NCBI RefSeq assembly: GCF_001194135.2
Contig: NC_068981.1
Coordinates: 144,966,164 to 145,021,225 of the forward strand
Direction of reading: 5' to 3'
Length of the DNA: 55,062 nt
Source: Octopus bimaculoides
Lineage: Eukaryota
Position numbers and translations under genes: made by a program. The notes beneath the pieces were generated by a model. The model searched no databases. It saw only the letters and a program-made list of their open reading frames with translations, and was not told where the DNA came from. Positions 35,213 to 48,888 of the stretch are shown piece after piece (within the stretch, counting starts at the first letter, position 1; each line of letters starts with the position of its first letter).

Positions 35213-35619
35213 GTTGTGGCGAAAAAATACTTTTTATCAGAATATTTTGCACAGTATTTTTTAAAGAAATCTAGACATCTTTCTTACTGCTAACCATTCA
35301 ACTTCAAATTAAAATTGTTAATTGTTGGAAGTGAAGTAGACTGAGACGTACGTATCGTATAGAGTTTTGAACTCATTACCTTAAATTTGAAGCTTTTAAG
35401 TCTTTAAACATTATTTTACTGGGTTTAGTCTTTGGACTGTCGCTATGATGAGGTATCACCTTCAAAAATCTAATTGGTCATACTGACCTCAGTACATATT
35501 TCAATACTACATTTATTTTATAGATCTCTGCTTTGTGAATTACTAATTTTGAGACAGAGACAAAATACTCGATTTAGCAACAAATGTAAACACACATACA
35601 CACACACACATTAGGTGCA

Positions 35620-35765
35620 AGATTGGCTGTGTGGCTGAGAAGTTTGCTTCCGAAACACATGGTTCCACGTTCAGTCCCTCTGTATGGTACCTTGGGCACG
35701 TGTTTTCTACTATAATCCTAGGTCAACCATAGACTTATGACTGAATTTCATAGACGGAAACCGCA
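35620..35765 (+). mobile_element. SINE family B, head and body
   Basis: TGGCTGTGTGGCTGAGAAGTTTGCTTCC...GGTTCCACGTTCAGTCCC...CCTTGGGCACGTG...AGACGGAAAC. Confidence 0.8.
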
Positions 35766-36361
35766 GCATTGTTCATCAGTAAATGACCGAAAATCATGTT
35801 TATAAAAAAAAGTTGTTTGTTTCATACAACTCGTCTACCGATTCTTCCCGTAAGAAAGGAACAAATAATACAATCTAGCTGTAGAGCATAAAAGCTGGGA
35901 CGCCGGAGTGCATATATATATATATTCCAAATACGGAACAAGAACGTAACGGACGATAGTGAAAACATACGGACAGGAGGACAATACAAATACGGACAGG
36001 AAAACCAGGACAGAACATTCGTGGCTCCGTATTTTTCAGGCATTCTTCCAATCATCATTACAGTTCCGGCCTGTTACCCTTGAGACTGTTCAAAGCTAAG
36101 GGCATTAAATTCTCATCTATGTTTGTTGCCGCAGTTTAACTTAACTTGTCCTTTTAGTCGAAAGACACCTTAGATTTTTGGGGTCTTTCTTGACCTGACC
36201 ACCGCTCGCATAACACCTTATTTTCCTGTCTCCTGACTTTCAGGCACGTTTTGTTGCCGCGAGGCTTCCACTTCACAGGCCAGCTTAATTTAACTTGACC
36301 TTTTAGTCGAAATACACCTGTTATTATTCTTGTACGTATTTGTAAACGTGTAAAATTTTCT

Positions 36362-36366
<5 letters not shown>

Positions 36367-36450
<84 letters not shown>

Positions 36451-36455
36451 TGTGA
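36367..36455. repeat. (TG)n microsatellite
   Basis: Direct inspection. Confidence 0.97.
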
Positions 36456-39065
36456 CAGTTTACTATGGGTTTCGCCCTAGGTTATGGTATTCACGGTTGA
36501 ATGTTTTGTGTATATAGAAATAAGAAGTAGTATATAGAAATAAGATGTAGTATATAAAATCACTGAACAAAAATAGTGAGAAATATATGTTTGTTGAAGA
36601 ATGGAAAATTTCAAAGACATGTTTATCAAATCATAAAAAAATTCCAAGCAAAAGATATAATGATGTTTCTCGACATTCCAAGCAATATTTGTAAAGATGT
36701 TTCTAGAAGATATGTTTTTGTATTTGTAACAAAATTTTTATTTCAACACATACGACTATTTCTACAAATGCATTTGGACATAAATCAAAAAATGCTATTT
36801 GCTTTTCAGTAAATATTCAGAGATGTGTATCTTTCATGTTTGAAGTATTACATGCGGAACCATATATATATATGCGAGTAATTTTTCTTGTACATTTGTG
36901 TGTTTCGCTGCACGTCTGTGTGTGTATGTGTTTGTCCGTGAATGTGTATGTATGAGTGTCTGTGTGCACGCGTGTGCATGTATGTGCAGATTAAAATATA
37001 AATTTGGACTAAAATTCGACAGTTCGGAATATGAAAGAACAGAATATGTTTTTGTTTTTTATCGTAATGCTCGTAAAGATGTGTTTTTGAAGCCAACTTT
37101 ACAATCAAACCTGCAATGTAATCTCAGATACATAGTGAACTGCACCGTGTAATGTGCAGATTTGCTAGAGACCACGATGAATTAGTGAGAAGCAGCAGCA
37201 ATTGCAACAGACGCTCACCACACAGTGTAAACAACCAAACATCGTACATCACACCATAAAAAGCAAACAGCATGGTAATACATGACTGCACGGCACTTGC
37301 AATTAAGACATGGTGTGCGAACAGACGTCCAAAGCTTTCGTTGGCCTGCAATCGCTCAGTCGCCCGAATATTTTCGGCATATTTTCAAACATCGAAATGA
37401 CGTATTATCTATGTCAACAAACAACAGATCTGCATGCATAAGATATAATACATTCGTAAGATAAAGAAGCTATGGCTTGTCTAACACCATACTGACTTAT
37501 TAGAACTTGTGTAAAGTCGCTAAACACCAAGCAAATCCTATGTTGATGCGGTATTGCAAATGATTGCAAATCAAATATTATGTTACCCAGAACCCCGGAC
37601 AAGCTGCCTTCAATATTGTTAAGCGACACAAGTGCACACAATGATCACAGTGGTCACACAATGCGCTCGGTTTCCATCTTGATTATTTTCATCCTCCTGC
37701 GCACAGTTGAGGTGCATATTATGGTTTTTTTCGTTCTTTCGAAAAGCGTTGTTTTTATCCTTCTGCTCGATTCTAACTATCTTCTTCATCCTGTTTGATT
37801 AGTCGTGGTGGGATATCTAGAAGTTCAGGATTATGTATTACCAGAAATATTCTTGAGTGACCGGACAAGTATAAGGAATATGTGTGTGTGCAGGTGTATC
37901 TAACATACATCCATTCATAGATATACATATGCCTTTTCACCTGCCAAGTTAGGTTGAATACAATAAGGTTGATTATAGATGTGTTTTCACATATATATAT
38001 ATATGGATATACAAGATATTGATTCTTTAGCATCGATTGCTGAATTAAATCATTAACAATAAAGGAATCATGAATAAATAATATGACTAAATTCTAACTC
38101 ACTGCTTGAAACATTGGCATCTCGCCATTAAACTCGAAAACTGAGGGAAGAAATAACGGAGAAAGTTACTTGTTAAACTGCAAGAACTGGACGCATAGCT
38201 CAATCAGAAAAATCTTTTGACAGAAAATTATTTTTAAGACTTTGGTTCCTACGGATTATACAGCTAATGAACAGTAAGGGAAACATTATCAGCATAGTCA
38301 AAATGAGAAAGATACAGGTGCTGATGAGTTCTGCTTGATAACGAGGCCTTCATCTTGGATAAGATCAACACTTTTCCTAAGTGTGAAACTCGCTACAATC
38401 ACACTGGGAAAGGAGGCCTGCACTTTGCAAAAGCTTTGATAGGTTTTTTCATGCGTATATCGTTAGCTTTTACTGAATCACCTGAGATAATTAAAATAAA
38501 ATATGTAATGAGAGAGGCAGACAGACAGAAATGCATGTACCACGAAAAATGGAAGAAAACTGCATATCCGGAAATAAAGGTTACATGTAATTTTACCTAT
38601 GGTCGATTGTACACTTCAGCTGATAAGCAGATTATGGTCCGCTCTAGAACGGTTGAATGAAACTTGGGTCCAAGTATTTAATCTTGTCCATTTTATGAAG
38701 ATCCAACAATACTCCCGAAACTTAAAATATTTTGCGATGCATAAACATATCTCTTTACATTTTTTTTTCATTTTTTTTATCGTTGCCATTGTAGCTAAAA
38801 GCCTCTCTGTGATATTAGTTGATTTCCCCCCAGGAATCGTAGTGCATTCTTTACATTACTAGATTAACATATCTTCGGGTGCTTGGGTGAATGATGTCAG
38901 CTATTTGCTTCCAAATATGGTTTCGATACACGCTTAGTAATCTCAGACGGGTTGACATAGTAGTGGCTTTTAGATATTTGCTACCAGATGTATTTGCATA
39001 AACTGGATAATCCCCACCTAATTAGCTCGTCTGCAGTACAGGTGACTTCAGATTGTTGTAGTTTG

Positions 39066-39120
39066 TTGTGAGTGTGTGTGCTTGTATGTGTACATGCATA
39101 TATATGTCTGTGTTTGTATG

Positions 39121-39168
<48 letters not shown>

Positions 39169-39199
39169 CACACACACACACAAGCTCACACACACACAA

Positions 39200-39275
<76 letters not shown>

Positions 39276-39300
39276 TCATGTGTGCGTGTCTTCGTGTCTG
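39066..39300. repeat. Compound (AT)n(CA)n(TA)(TG)n microsatellite
   Basis: Direct inspection. Confidence 0.93.
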
Positions 39301-39304
39301 TGTG

Positions 39305-39500
39305 TACCCCCTACCATCGATTGACAACCACTTTTGGTGTGTTTACTTTCTCGTACTTTAGTGGTTCGGCAAAACAAATCGATAGAATAAGTACTTGACT
39401 TACAAAGAATAAGCCCTGGGGTCGATTTCTTCGATTAAAACCTTTTAAGGTGGTGCTCCAGCATGGTCGCATTCAGATGACTGGAACAATAAAACAATAA
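39305..39500 (+). mobile_element. SINE family B, 3' module
   Basis: CCATCGATTGACAACC...GGTTCGGCAAAA...GAATAAGCCCTGGGGTCGATT...GTGCTCCAGCATGGTCGC. Confidence 0.85.
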
Positions 39501-39544
39501 GTATGTGTGTGTGTGTGTGTGTGTGTGTGTTTAGAATGTCGTAG

Positions 39545-39720
39545 GAGGATTAATTACTTTGGTTAAATAATGATGGGACGACGTACCAGTGTGACGATTT
39601 GGCTAAACTGGTTCTTGAGGTGAGACAAACGTCAAGGGTTTTAGGTGGGTCGTTGTGATCTGCCAGGGACACGTGTAAATTCGGATGTTGACGAGAATCT
39701 TTAGCAGTGTGTAGTTGAAT
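39545..39720 (-). mobile_element. Possible CR1/L2-type AP-endonuclease fragment
   Basis: FTRVP...PKTLDVCLTS...LAKSSHWYV resembles the LDLxLT...PLGxSDH motif pair. Confidence 0.3.
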
Positions 39721-40457
39721 TATTGGATTACATCAGAACAATAATAGAATATTTCAACTAGATATTTATAATTTTATTCTGTATCATCAGAAACAGCGTA
39801 TACTAAGGCAACGTAGTGACTATGCCATTAATATGATATCCTGAAATTCTTTAAATCTTATAGTATAAAAATAAAATACCGTATACATTTGTGTTTCAAT
39901 GAACATACATCTATGCAAGTGGATATATAAATTATAGATAACATTAAGATTGCGTTTCAGAACTTTAAAAACTATTTTCAATGAACATACATATTATTTT
40001 TTTTTCTTTCTCTCAGCCACTATTTGTTTGTTTGTTTGTTGCCATGGTTTTCACCAATAGTTATTTGTGTGGTTTATATTCTTTTCGCTTGATTTCTATC
40101 ACTAAGTGATTTTCTTCCATAGGTTGAAAATTGCACCTAAGACGATAAAGGAATATAAATGTTTATAAAAAATAAATCAGAGAAAAAAAATACAATTACA
40201 AAATAGTAACATTGGAAATATACACAGATCAATATTATTGAAAAACAGAATTATGGTATTTTCTTTTGAAAGTTAGCTTATCTCAGAAAACATTTTAAAC
40301 TGATTATTAATGTCTCTTTCTTCTTCTTTCAAACAAGACTTAGTAACGTATCGCTTGTATTGCAATGGAAACATATAACTTGCAATTATATGCGCACATA
40401 CACAAAGACACAAACGCTTGCTCGCTTTTGTGTGTTTCTGTGTGTGTAAATATTTTA

Positions 40458-40461
<4 letters not shown>

Positions 40462-40513
<52 letters not shown>

Positions 40514-40567
40514 TTTCTCTTTCTCTCTCTCTCACACACACATACACTTTGTCTTCTTACATGTGTG

Positions 40568-40620
<53 letters not shown>
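40462..40620. repeat. (CT)n plus (CA)/(TG)n microsatellites
   Basis: Direct inspection. Confidence 0.95.
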
Positions 40621-40621
<1 letters not shown>

Positions 40622-41167
40622 GCTATCTTAGAGGATTCTATAGAAAATGGAATTAATGGAATCAGCAAGGTTGTGATTATTTTTGAGACTAGTGTATGCT
40701 GTATTTCCGTCTCTGCCCAACGTTAGGAGGTGTGGAGTTGGAATATAGCTGATGAATGTCATCGGTTTAAAGATTATGCATCCTCAGAGAATGTTCTGGC
40801 TTAACATAAATCATCCCTTGTGGATCCTGGTGGCATTACCAATTCTTGGATATCGTTTGTGACGCACTAAAACAACTCTGTAATAGTGACAATGTAATGA
40901 AAGCCAACACGAACTTGCATCTGGTGCTTTTTGATAAGAATAGATAGAGAGAATGATGCGAGAGTGCAATAAAGGAAAGCTAACACCCGAACTTCTGCAG
41001 GGTGCTAAGGACTTGATGCAGGTGGATTTGATGAAAGTAGTCGCATATCGAAACCATATTGTAATAAATGATACCGCGACTCAACCTCATAGTACGGTCT
41101 GATTTGAAAGAAAAATATCCTGCTGCTTATCGCACATACAATGCCTGTGAAAGGTAATAATTCTCTC

Positions 41168-41368
41168 TAATTTTGACACAAGGCCAGCAATTTTGAGGGG
41201 AAGAGGCAGTCGATCATATCGAACCCAGTGCTCAGCTGGTATTTATTTTATTGAGCTCAAAAATATGAAAGACAAAGTAGACCTCGAAGGTATTTGAAGT
41301 CAGAGCATGAAAAGTGAAAGGAAATGCTAAGCATTTTCTCCTGCGTAAATGACAGATCGCCGCCTTTG
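41168..41368 (-). mobile_element. SINE family A, full length
   Basis: Reverse complement from AAGGCGGCGATCTG to GGCCTTGTGTCAAAATT. Confidence 0.8.
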
Positions 41369-41974
41369 GGAAAGCAATAATAAATGAGCGCATGGAGGGA
41401 AGAGTCCGAGATATGGATTTCGGGAATAATATATTCCACGGTGTCCGACTAGAGGAAGATGCCATGGGTTTGCACTAGAATCAATGTTTCTTACCTGGAT
41501 TGTTTTAAAATTTAGGAAGGTGATGACAGAGGGAAGCAAAAAATACTTCAGCATGAATATATTACAGAGGTGTGAGAGGAAAAATTGAGAGGAAAAGATG
41601 AAAACCAAGAACAAGTCTCTAGTGTGTGAGGAGTAAAATAAAATGGCTACTGTGAGGTTGAAGTGGATATAACTATACATAGCTTGATGTAGTTGTTGTA
41701 TGAGTTACGAGTGCACAAGGGTCTTACTGTGTGGATCCAAATAAACTAAAACTTCTCTGGTAGTATCGATGCTAACTGATACCGGTGGAAGAAAGACATT
41801 GCTGGAAGGTAACGTAATTCTCCTAATGCCCAGTTGATATATGATAAAAGTTGCATATATTTAAGCATTTACTGCCGAATCATCATTAGATATTCACATA
41901 TTGTCAATATTATCTTTTTTATCCATTCATCAAGTATGGATACTATACCATCTGTCATTATAACCTTTACTTTT

Positions 41975-42845
41975 CTTTTACTTGTGTCATTCAGTGAACT
42001 GCAGCTACGCTGGGGCACTCTTGAAGGGTTAAGTCAAACAATTCAATTCCAGTGCATATCTCTTCAAGTCTGGTACTTGTTCTGTCGGTATTTTGCCTGT
42101 CGAAACGGTAGTTTATAAAGACAAGTGATGGCAGGACTGCAACACACACCAACACAAAGACAAACATAAACACACACACACACACACATGCAGGTCCGGA
42201 TTAAGACCCATAGAAGCCCTAAGCACTTAAAAGGTTTTGGTGCCCTCAAGTATATGTAAATGGTTTAAAATGTAAACAAAAATCATTTAACATGTAAACA
42301 AAAATAATCCATAAAATAAATTTTTATTTTTCAAAATGAAACAAAACTAACAGTAAGATGGAAAATAATGTTTATTTCTGTGTGCTTCCATGTTATTTAT
42401 ATTTGAAACTTTTCTCCGTTTTTTTTAAAATTTAATTGCAAAGCCTTTGATGATATTGTTTTACGTAAAACTTCTGCTTCTATACTTAGAGATAAAGCAT
42501 TACGAATATCATTTTAGATAGTTAAAAGTGATTTCTTTCGTGCCGTAAACCATTTTCATTTCTGTGGTGCCCCCGTCCCTTGATGCCCTAAGCAGGTGCT
42601 TATTTTGCTTAATAGTTAATCCAGCACTGCATACATATGTATGTGTGTGTGTATGCGTGTGTGTGTGTACAACGGGCTTCTGTACAGTTTCCGTTTACCA
42701 AATTCATCTCCCAAAATTGAATCACAAGTCATTGGTTAGCCTGGGGCTATAGTAGAAGACACTTGTTTAAGATGCTGCTCGATGGAACGGAACCCAAAAC
42801 CACGCGTTTCCGAAACTAGTTTCTCAACCACACAACTGTGTCCTT
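41975..42845 (-). mobile_element. Composite SINE family B interrupted by a MITE
   Basis: 3' module at ~41975-42190 and head/body at ~42660-42845, separated by 42191-42629. Confidence 0.75.
42191..42629. mobile_element. hAT-type MITE (439 bp)
   Basis: TIRs CAGGTCCGGATTAA / TTAATCCAGCACTG; 8-bp TSD CACACATG / CATACATA (6 of 8 match). Confidence 0.8.
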
Positions 42846-44327
42846 TCTATTTTTTTCATCGTTGTGTTGAAAGAAATGTTCATCTCTAAAACGGCGAAAA
42901 AAAATCTATTTTCATATCAAGATGCATTAAAATATTCTTAGCTTTATATCATACTTGCATCTAGTTATATAGATCTAGTTGCTTGCTCTGGATTATAGTG
43001 TGTATATTACGATTATCCTGATATATTTTTATTTTTCATATTTCCTGATAACAAAGAATATTGTGAAAAACGACAGCTAACACTGACTGATTTTTGTGCT
43101 TACAAATATGAAACACATAAATATAAACATTAAAACTTGTTATTATATATGCTTAGGATAATTTAGATACAAATTAGTTTTACATTTATAGAGATTATCA
43201 GACGACTGTTTATAATTTTCTCTTTTTTCCNNNNNNNNNNNNNNNNNNNNNNNNNNNNNNNNNNNNNNNNNNNNNNNNNNNNNNNNNNNNNNNNNNNNNN
43301 NNNNNNNNNNNTATATATATATATATATATGGTGTGTGTGTGTACATACATATGTGTGTGCGTGTGTGTTTGCGTGTATACACACACACCTAGGTGTGAA
43401 GAGCAAAAGATATGATGTCTAAAACAGCCATTTGATCATCTCTTTGTTATGTAAAACATTATTTATACGCAAATTTTACTAAATGTACATTTAAGACGAG
43501 ATAAACGTTTTAACGTGTATACTGATGTATTATATAAAAGCAGTAAAATCACTCTCCGAGTTGTTTACTACTTGTATTGTCATACCGAATATATATAAAT
43601 TCAATAGAGCATTTAAATACCACCTCCCTTAAACAGAAACATCTCTCCAAAACCACCAATTACTCACCATCAAAATACACACGGTCAATGCAATAAATAT
43701 AACAGAAACAGGCTTACTTTAAGTGGAATACAGAAGTAAGGAATGTGTATATTTCAGGATCAATTGATTTCGCTTTCTGGATATATATATATATATATAT
43801 ATATATGAAGGAAATAGCGATACTGGAATGGATTTTAAATCGATATCTGCTTTTCCCACAATGTTCCTGAAACGGCTGTAGGATGTATACGTTAATTTTC
43901 ACATTTGGATTTTAATTTGGAATTCTTCTTTCGAACTTTCCATATACATTCCATATAAGCTTTTGTGAGCCTTAATATTACCGCCTCTGATGTGACAAAC
44001 CGATCCTGTATGTACAAATTTATATGATTAAATATCGCTGAATATGTATTGTTTCAATACGTATATTTGCCTCTCATATCGAAATATTTATTTTAGATAT
44101 ATATATTTTATGAAGCATTTAATGTATTGATATTTCACTTTTCATATATGGACTGATAACCCAGAATTTTGTCTCAAATTCCAAATCTTCTGTAATATTC
44201 CAATAACTCAATTAACTTTGAGCACTAAATAGTTATGCTATATACGGAGTATAATTCTCCTTATTCATTATATATATACAACTCACACATACAATTGAGT
44301 AAAACAAAGACTTCCCATAATATCCTC

Positions 44328-44460
<133 letters not shown>

Positions 44461-45351
44461 AGTGAGAGAGAAAGACTTTTGTTTGCACTAATCATTGTTA
44501 TGGTGGTTCTATTCTAATTTTCAGATTAAATCTTATAGTATATTAATTTTTAATTAATTTGCCTCTTCACAGAACATCTTTGGCGCATTTGCCTAATTCC
44601 TTAACTAGTTTTTACATTCCGATTGAATTTATTTACAGATTTTAGTAGCTTGCCTAGCAGAGTGCTGGTGTTATATTTTTTAATTAGTTATTAAGATGAG
44701 AGATATTATAATTTCTTCTTGATATTTGATATCAATGGTGTTTTATTCATGATGTTTAGGAGTATAGTAAGAGTTAGTCAAACGAAAAGTGGAAATTTGC
44801 ATTTTCCATTAAAACTTGCTTTAATTCAGACAGAGCTTATCGTCTTATAAACCCACAGTTACCATGTGTTTCCATTTCGGTAGAATAATGCTTATATGCT
44901 ATTTGTATTGGTGTTAGTCCGGATTTATGTTGTGTTTCTCCTTTTCCCTATGTGATATATTCCAAAACGCTTTCGGTAATCTTTTATGGTATGCTTTATT
45001 TCTTTCTTGGTTATCTTGAATAATTATTCGGTCCATAGTAGTTTTCTTTATAACTACACCTCTCCTTCTGACACCTTTATTTTTATTCCTTATGGTAAGA
45101 CGTTATTAATTGCGTGATAAAACGTCACCTACTGGAAATAATATTATCAGGACTTTGTACTTATTAATGGAAAACCACTATACAAACGCTATTGGTCTGA
45201 ATATTTTTAAATTGTTATTCTTTTTTGTAACCTGTTGCGTGTTGATCGTTAGTGCCTTTATTAATTCATTAAATGCTGATCCAACCAGAGATTTATGTAT
45301 ATTAACCATAACTGTAAACTCTGCTACTTTTCTATGAATTCTCAATTCATA

Positions 45352-46657
45352 CGAGGTGCATTCGAGATGTTTTGAGACATTTTTAGGAGAGGCAGCTATA
45401 GCTGTACTGGAATATTGAATTTTAGGCTAATAATTGTAATTTACGCTAATAAGGTAACTAAATAACTATTGTTATTCCAGATTGAAGGAGACGGCTATAA
45501 CATCACTTTGAACACACCCTGCTACGAAAAACTTCTTGTCACCACTGACTAATTTGCAAAATGCAGTCAGGACCTGAATTTAGCTTGGAAACTCGCAAAG
45601 CAATGATGTTTTGTGTTAAACTAGTCAAAAATGCTACAGAAACTTATGAAATGCTCCAGACTGCTTATTGATTAACTTGTGTGAGCCGAGCATCTGTCTT
45701 TTGCTACAAGATGTTCAAGATGTTCAAGGACGGTAGAGAAAAGATGTGAGACGATGAAGGGTGTGGAGGAAGAAGGACGTCAGAACATAACAGCTTGTTG
45801 AGAAAATTCTCAGTTTTCTAGATGTAAATTGTCATGTATCTATAAATAAACAGTTAGAAGATAGTGTGGCAAATGTTGACAGAATTAGTCATGAATATAT
45901 GAACATGTGCAAAATTTGTGCAGAGCTTTTTCCCAGAGTGCTCAGTGACAAACAAAAAGAAAGACGCGTTGGTAGCAGTAGGAACATTATTGAGTTCATT
46001 ATCTCAAATCCAAGAGTACATGGGTCACTAGATACTTGAGACAAAATCTGGATCTACTGCCATAATTCAGAGATCAAGAGACAGATTGCCCAATGGGAGC
46101 ACCCTGGATCCCCAGATTCAAGAATGCCAGGCAAAGCAACTCCACTAAGAAGCTCATAACGGAAAGGGCATCATCTACTTCCACTGGTTTTCTCTGGGTA
46201 GACGGTCAACAAATTGTACCTTGTGTAGGTTTTGAAAGAGCTCAGGAAGAGATTTCGTTGCAAAAGTTCAGAGCTCTTCCACTCGCTCGCTTGCACCCGC
46301 ACTAAAATTATGGACCAGTCTACAATTCCGTCCTGGTACGCAATTACTTGACAAAGATAGGCATCAAAACTGGCCTCCCTCCCTACTGTCCAGGCCTTGC
46401 TCCCTGTGAAGTTTCGTTGTTCCCCAAGCTGAGGGAGAACCTCAGGAGTAGTCGTTTTGAGGCTAAGTAGATGAAGGAGGCTGTGACAAGTGTGCAGGAC
46501 ACTTTCATGTTAAAGGACTTCCGTGGGCCTTCACGAAATAGATAGAGATCTGTGCACTGAAGTCAGAATCCTACATTGAAGATTAGAGTTTTGTACTTCT
46601 TTGAAATTAATAAATGTCTCTCCTGAAAAAGTCTCAAAACTTCTGGAATGCACTTCG
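45352..46657 (+). mobile_element. Full-length mariner-family transposon (1306 bp), inactive
   Basis: TA|CGAGGTGCATTCGAGATGTTTTGAGAC...GTCTCAAAACTTCTGGAATGCACTTCG|TA: TIRs plus TA TSD. Confidence 0.92.
45561..46560 (+). pseudogene. Mariner transposase pseudogene
   Basis: MQSGPEFSLETRKAMMFCVKLVKNATETYEMLQTAY*...SRASVF...FKDGRE...DDEG (HTH region); later PPYCPGLAPCEVSLFPKL (YSPDLAP motif); multiple stops and frameshifts. Confidence 0.88.
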
Positions 46658-47024
46658 TATATTTCACTGCTTTTCTTTCTCTTTTTTAAAGTTTTCTTCT
46701 CTCTTTCGTTTTCAATCTATTACACTACACGCCTAAATTGTGTTGATTGATTCTATTCAATATTTTCTTTCAATGCGCTTCGATTCTCACAATAATGAAT
46801 GCCTACAATTTCCAGAGAAAATTACCAGGCATGAATTTTACGAAATGATTTTTTTAAACGTCATTCTTCATTTTTGTAACATATAACCATAAAATTTAAT
46901 TCCTTTTTCATTTCCTTTTTTTTTTGTTGTTGTTGTTTTCTTTCATATTAGAACTATCCGGTTCTATTTCTATTTCGGTTATGAAAATACATTTTTGTTT
47001 CACTTTATATGTAAAGATGTGCAT

Positions 47025-47028
47025 GTGT

Positions 47029-47102
<74 letters not shown>

Positions 47103-47117
47103 GTGTGCGTGCGTGCG

Positions 47118-47150
<33 letters not shown>
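47025..47150. repeat. (TG)n microsatellite
   Basis: Direct inspection. Confidence 0.95.
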
Positions 47151-47152
<2 letters not shown>

Positions 47153-47865
47153 ATTTATGTTTGGGCACAAATATAATCAGAGAAAAGTTAAGCTTCATAA
47201 AAACACAAATGAACAGTTATAGACGAAAAACTGTGGTAGAATAAAAGAACCCATCCCATATCGTATACAAGCCTTAGTTTTGCATTAGTATATATATTTC
47301 ACAACACATATACTACATATATAAGATAACATGAATCCACTATGTTTTGGATAAATTGCTTTAAAAAAAATTACAATTTCTAATTGGTCCGGAAATATTG
47401 ATTGTGTTCAAATTAATAAAAAAAAAATAATAATAATGATGATGCAGAACTTTATAAAAATGAACAAAACAATGAAGAAATATACAACTAGAACCTAAAA
47501 CTACAGATTTCGTTACATTTATGTTATTTTCTGAGAAAACTTTGTACTTTAAAAAATATTATTCTATGCAATTAGTATAAAGGAATTACTTTTCTAATTA
47601 GTCATGTTTTCCAATACGCATTTCAGTTCTTGACAGGTGTACAATGTTCTTGGTTTTTATTTCTACCGGCAGTGAAAAAGACATGTTTCAAAAAAATTTA
47701 TTTTACCTCTGTGATATCACTGACTAGTTTAATATCAGAAGAGAATCTTCGAACGGGCTCTCCGATAATTCACTATTTAAAGTGTCCAGTCACTACCAGG
47801 AATTTTGTTTTTCAAATCGCTAGATAATGTAGATACTATACAGATATAGTGACATCAATTACTTT

Positions 47866-47896
<31 letters not shown>

Positions 47897-47943
47897 GCAC
47901 ATACATACACACACACACACTCACACATACATACATACATACA

Positions 47944-47972
<29 letters not shown>

Positions 47973-47974
<2 letters not shown>

Positions 47975-48038
47975 GCACACATTAACATGCACACATTATC
48001 ATGCACACATTAACATGCACACATTAACATGCACACAT
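47973..48038 (+). repeat. 14-bp minisatellite ATGCACACATTAAC, ~4.7 copies
   Basis: Units start at 47973, 47987, 48001, 48015 and 48029; follows (GATA)/(CA)/(ATAC) arrays at 47867-47972. Confidence 0.95.
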
Positions 48039-48888
48039 ACATGTGGGCCTATGGTGGGAGGGTTGAGACAGTGTCTATATCTCACAACTACTTTCATGAA
48101 ATCATGCTACTTGCTTCTCGATCATACCAGCTCGCAATTTTGCAGTTGATGACTATGGTTACATATTTAGGCATGTTGTGTCTATATATATTTCAATGTG
48201 TACAAATAACCGAAAAACTAAATAAATAGTTACGAGGGTAGCAAAACTTCACATATGTACCAAGGATGTAACCGCCTACTTATAAAGGCAGAAAGTCCAG
48301 GGTTAAGTAAAATGTTTTTGTATAACATAGATACATAAATAAATGAAGTTAAACGCAGGTGTAATTCAAATCTTTATACTTCTGACAAGTGTTTCGAAGA
48401 AAACATTGGTATTTTTCCAGAAGAAATAAAATAATGTAAAACAATGCGATCTTCTTATGAGGGAAAAAAAGAAACCAAACACATCAATAAGACATTTTTA
48501 CAGAACGCATATATGATGAAGGGAATGCTGGCAAGTTATTTAAAAAAAAAAACCATAATAGATATAACGTCAAAGGCAATTTATAGAAAGAGAAGGAAGA
48601 GAAAGAAAGAAATTAGCAGAAAACTAATAGTGGAGAAATATAAAGCGATTGGTGAATAGGAATAAAGCTTAAAGGCGTGGAAATAGATATATTTAGTGGA
48701 AATGAAATATAAAAAGAGAGTTACGGGTCTAGTTCTATAGAATGGTAGACATTACTTATAGGAACTAAAGGTATGTTTTTCCTAATGCTTGCAATGATAA
48801 ACGCGTTCTTTAAACGTGTTTACAAGCGGATTCTCTGGGGACAGGATGAAATACAATTCATCGTGACAGAGCGAACAAAAAGGCTTAC

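Noticed and set aside
38100-38660. MDKINTFPKCETRYNHTGKGGLHFAKALIGF as an SGNH-esterase ORF1 of a CR1-type LINE
   Set aside because: Only a faint resemblance; no GDS or GxND motif could be located.
40690-41110. Complex block with several weak splice-like sites
   Set aside because: No consistent frame or recognisable motif; left unassigned.
41327-41680. PWHLPLVGHRG resembling the GDPD HRG motif or the P450 proline-rich start
   Set aside because: It lacks the following ENT (GDPD) and the preceding PPGP (P450); the ORF overlaps a SINE and low-complexity pyrimidine sequence.
43950-44200. Small minus-strand exon candidates (SVCHIRG; EDLEFETKFWVISPYMK) that would fit phase 1 after the 39-nt exon
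   Set aside because: Splice signals are weak and such matches are expected by chance; they cannot be chosen without transcript data.
44560-45340. Possible further Penelope-like remnant on the minus strand
   Set aside because: No motif survives clearly enough to call.
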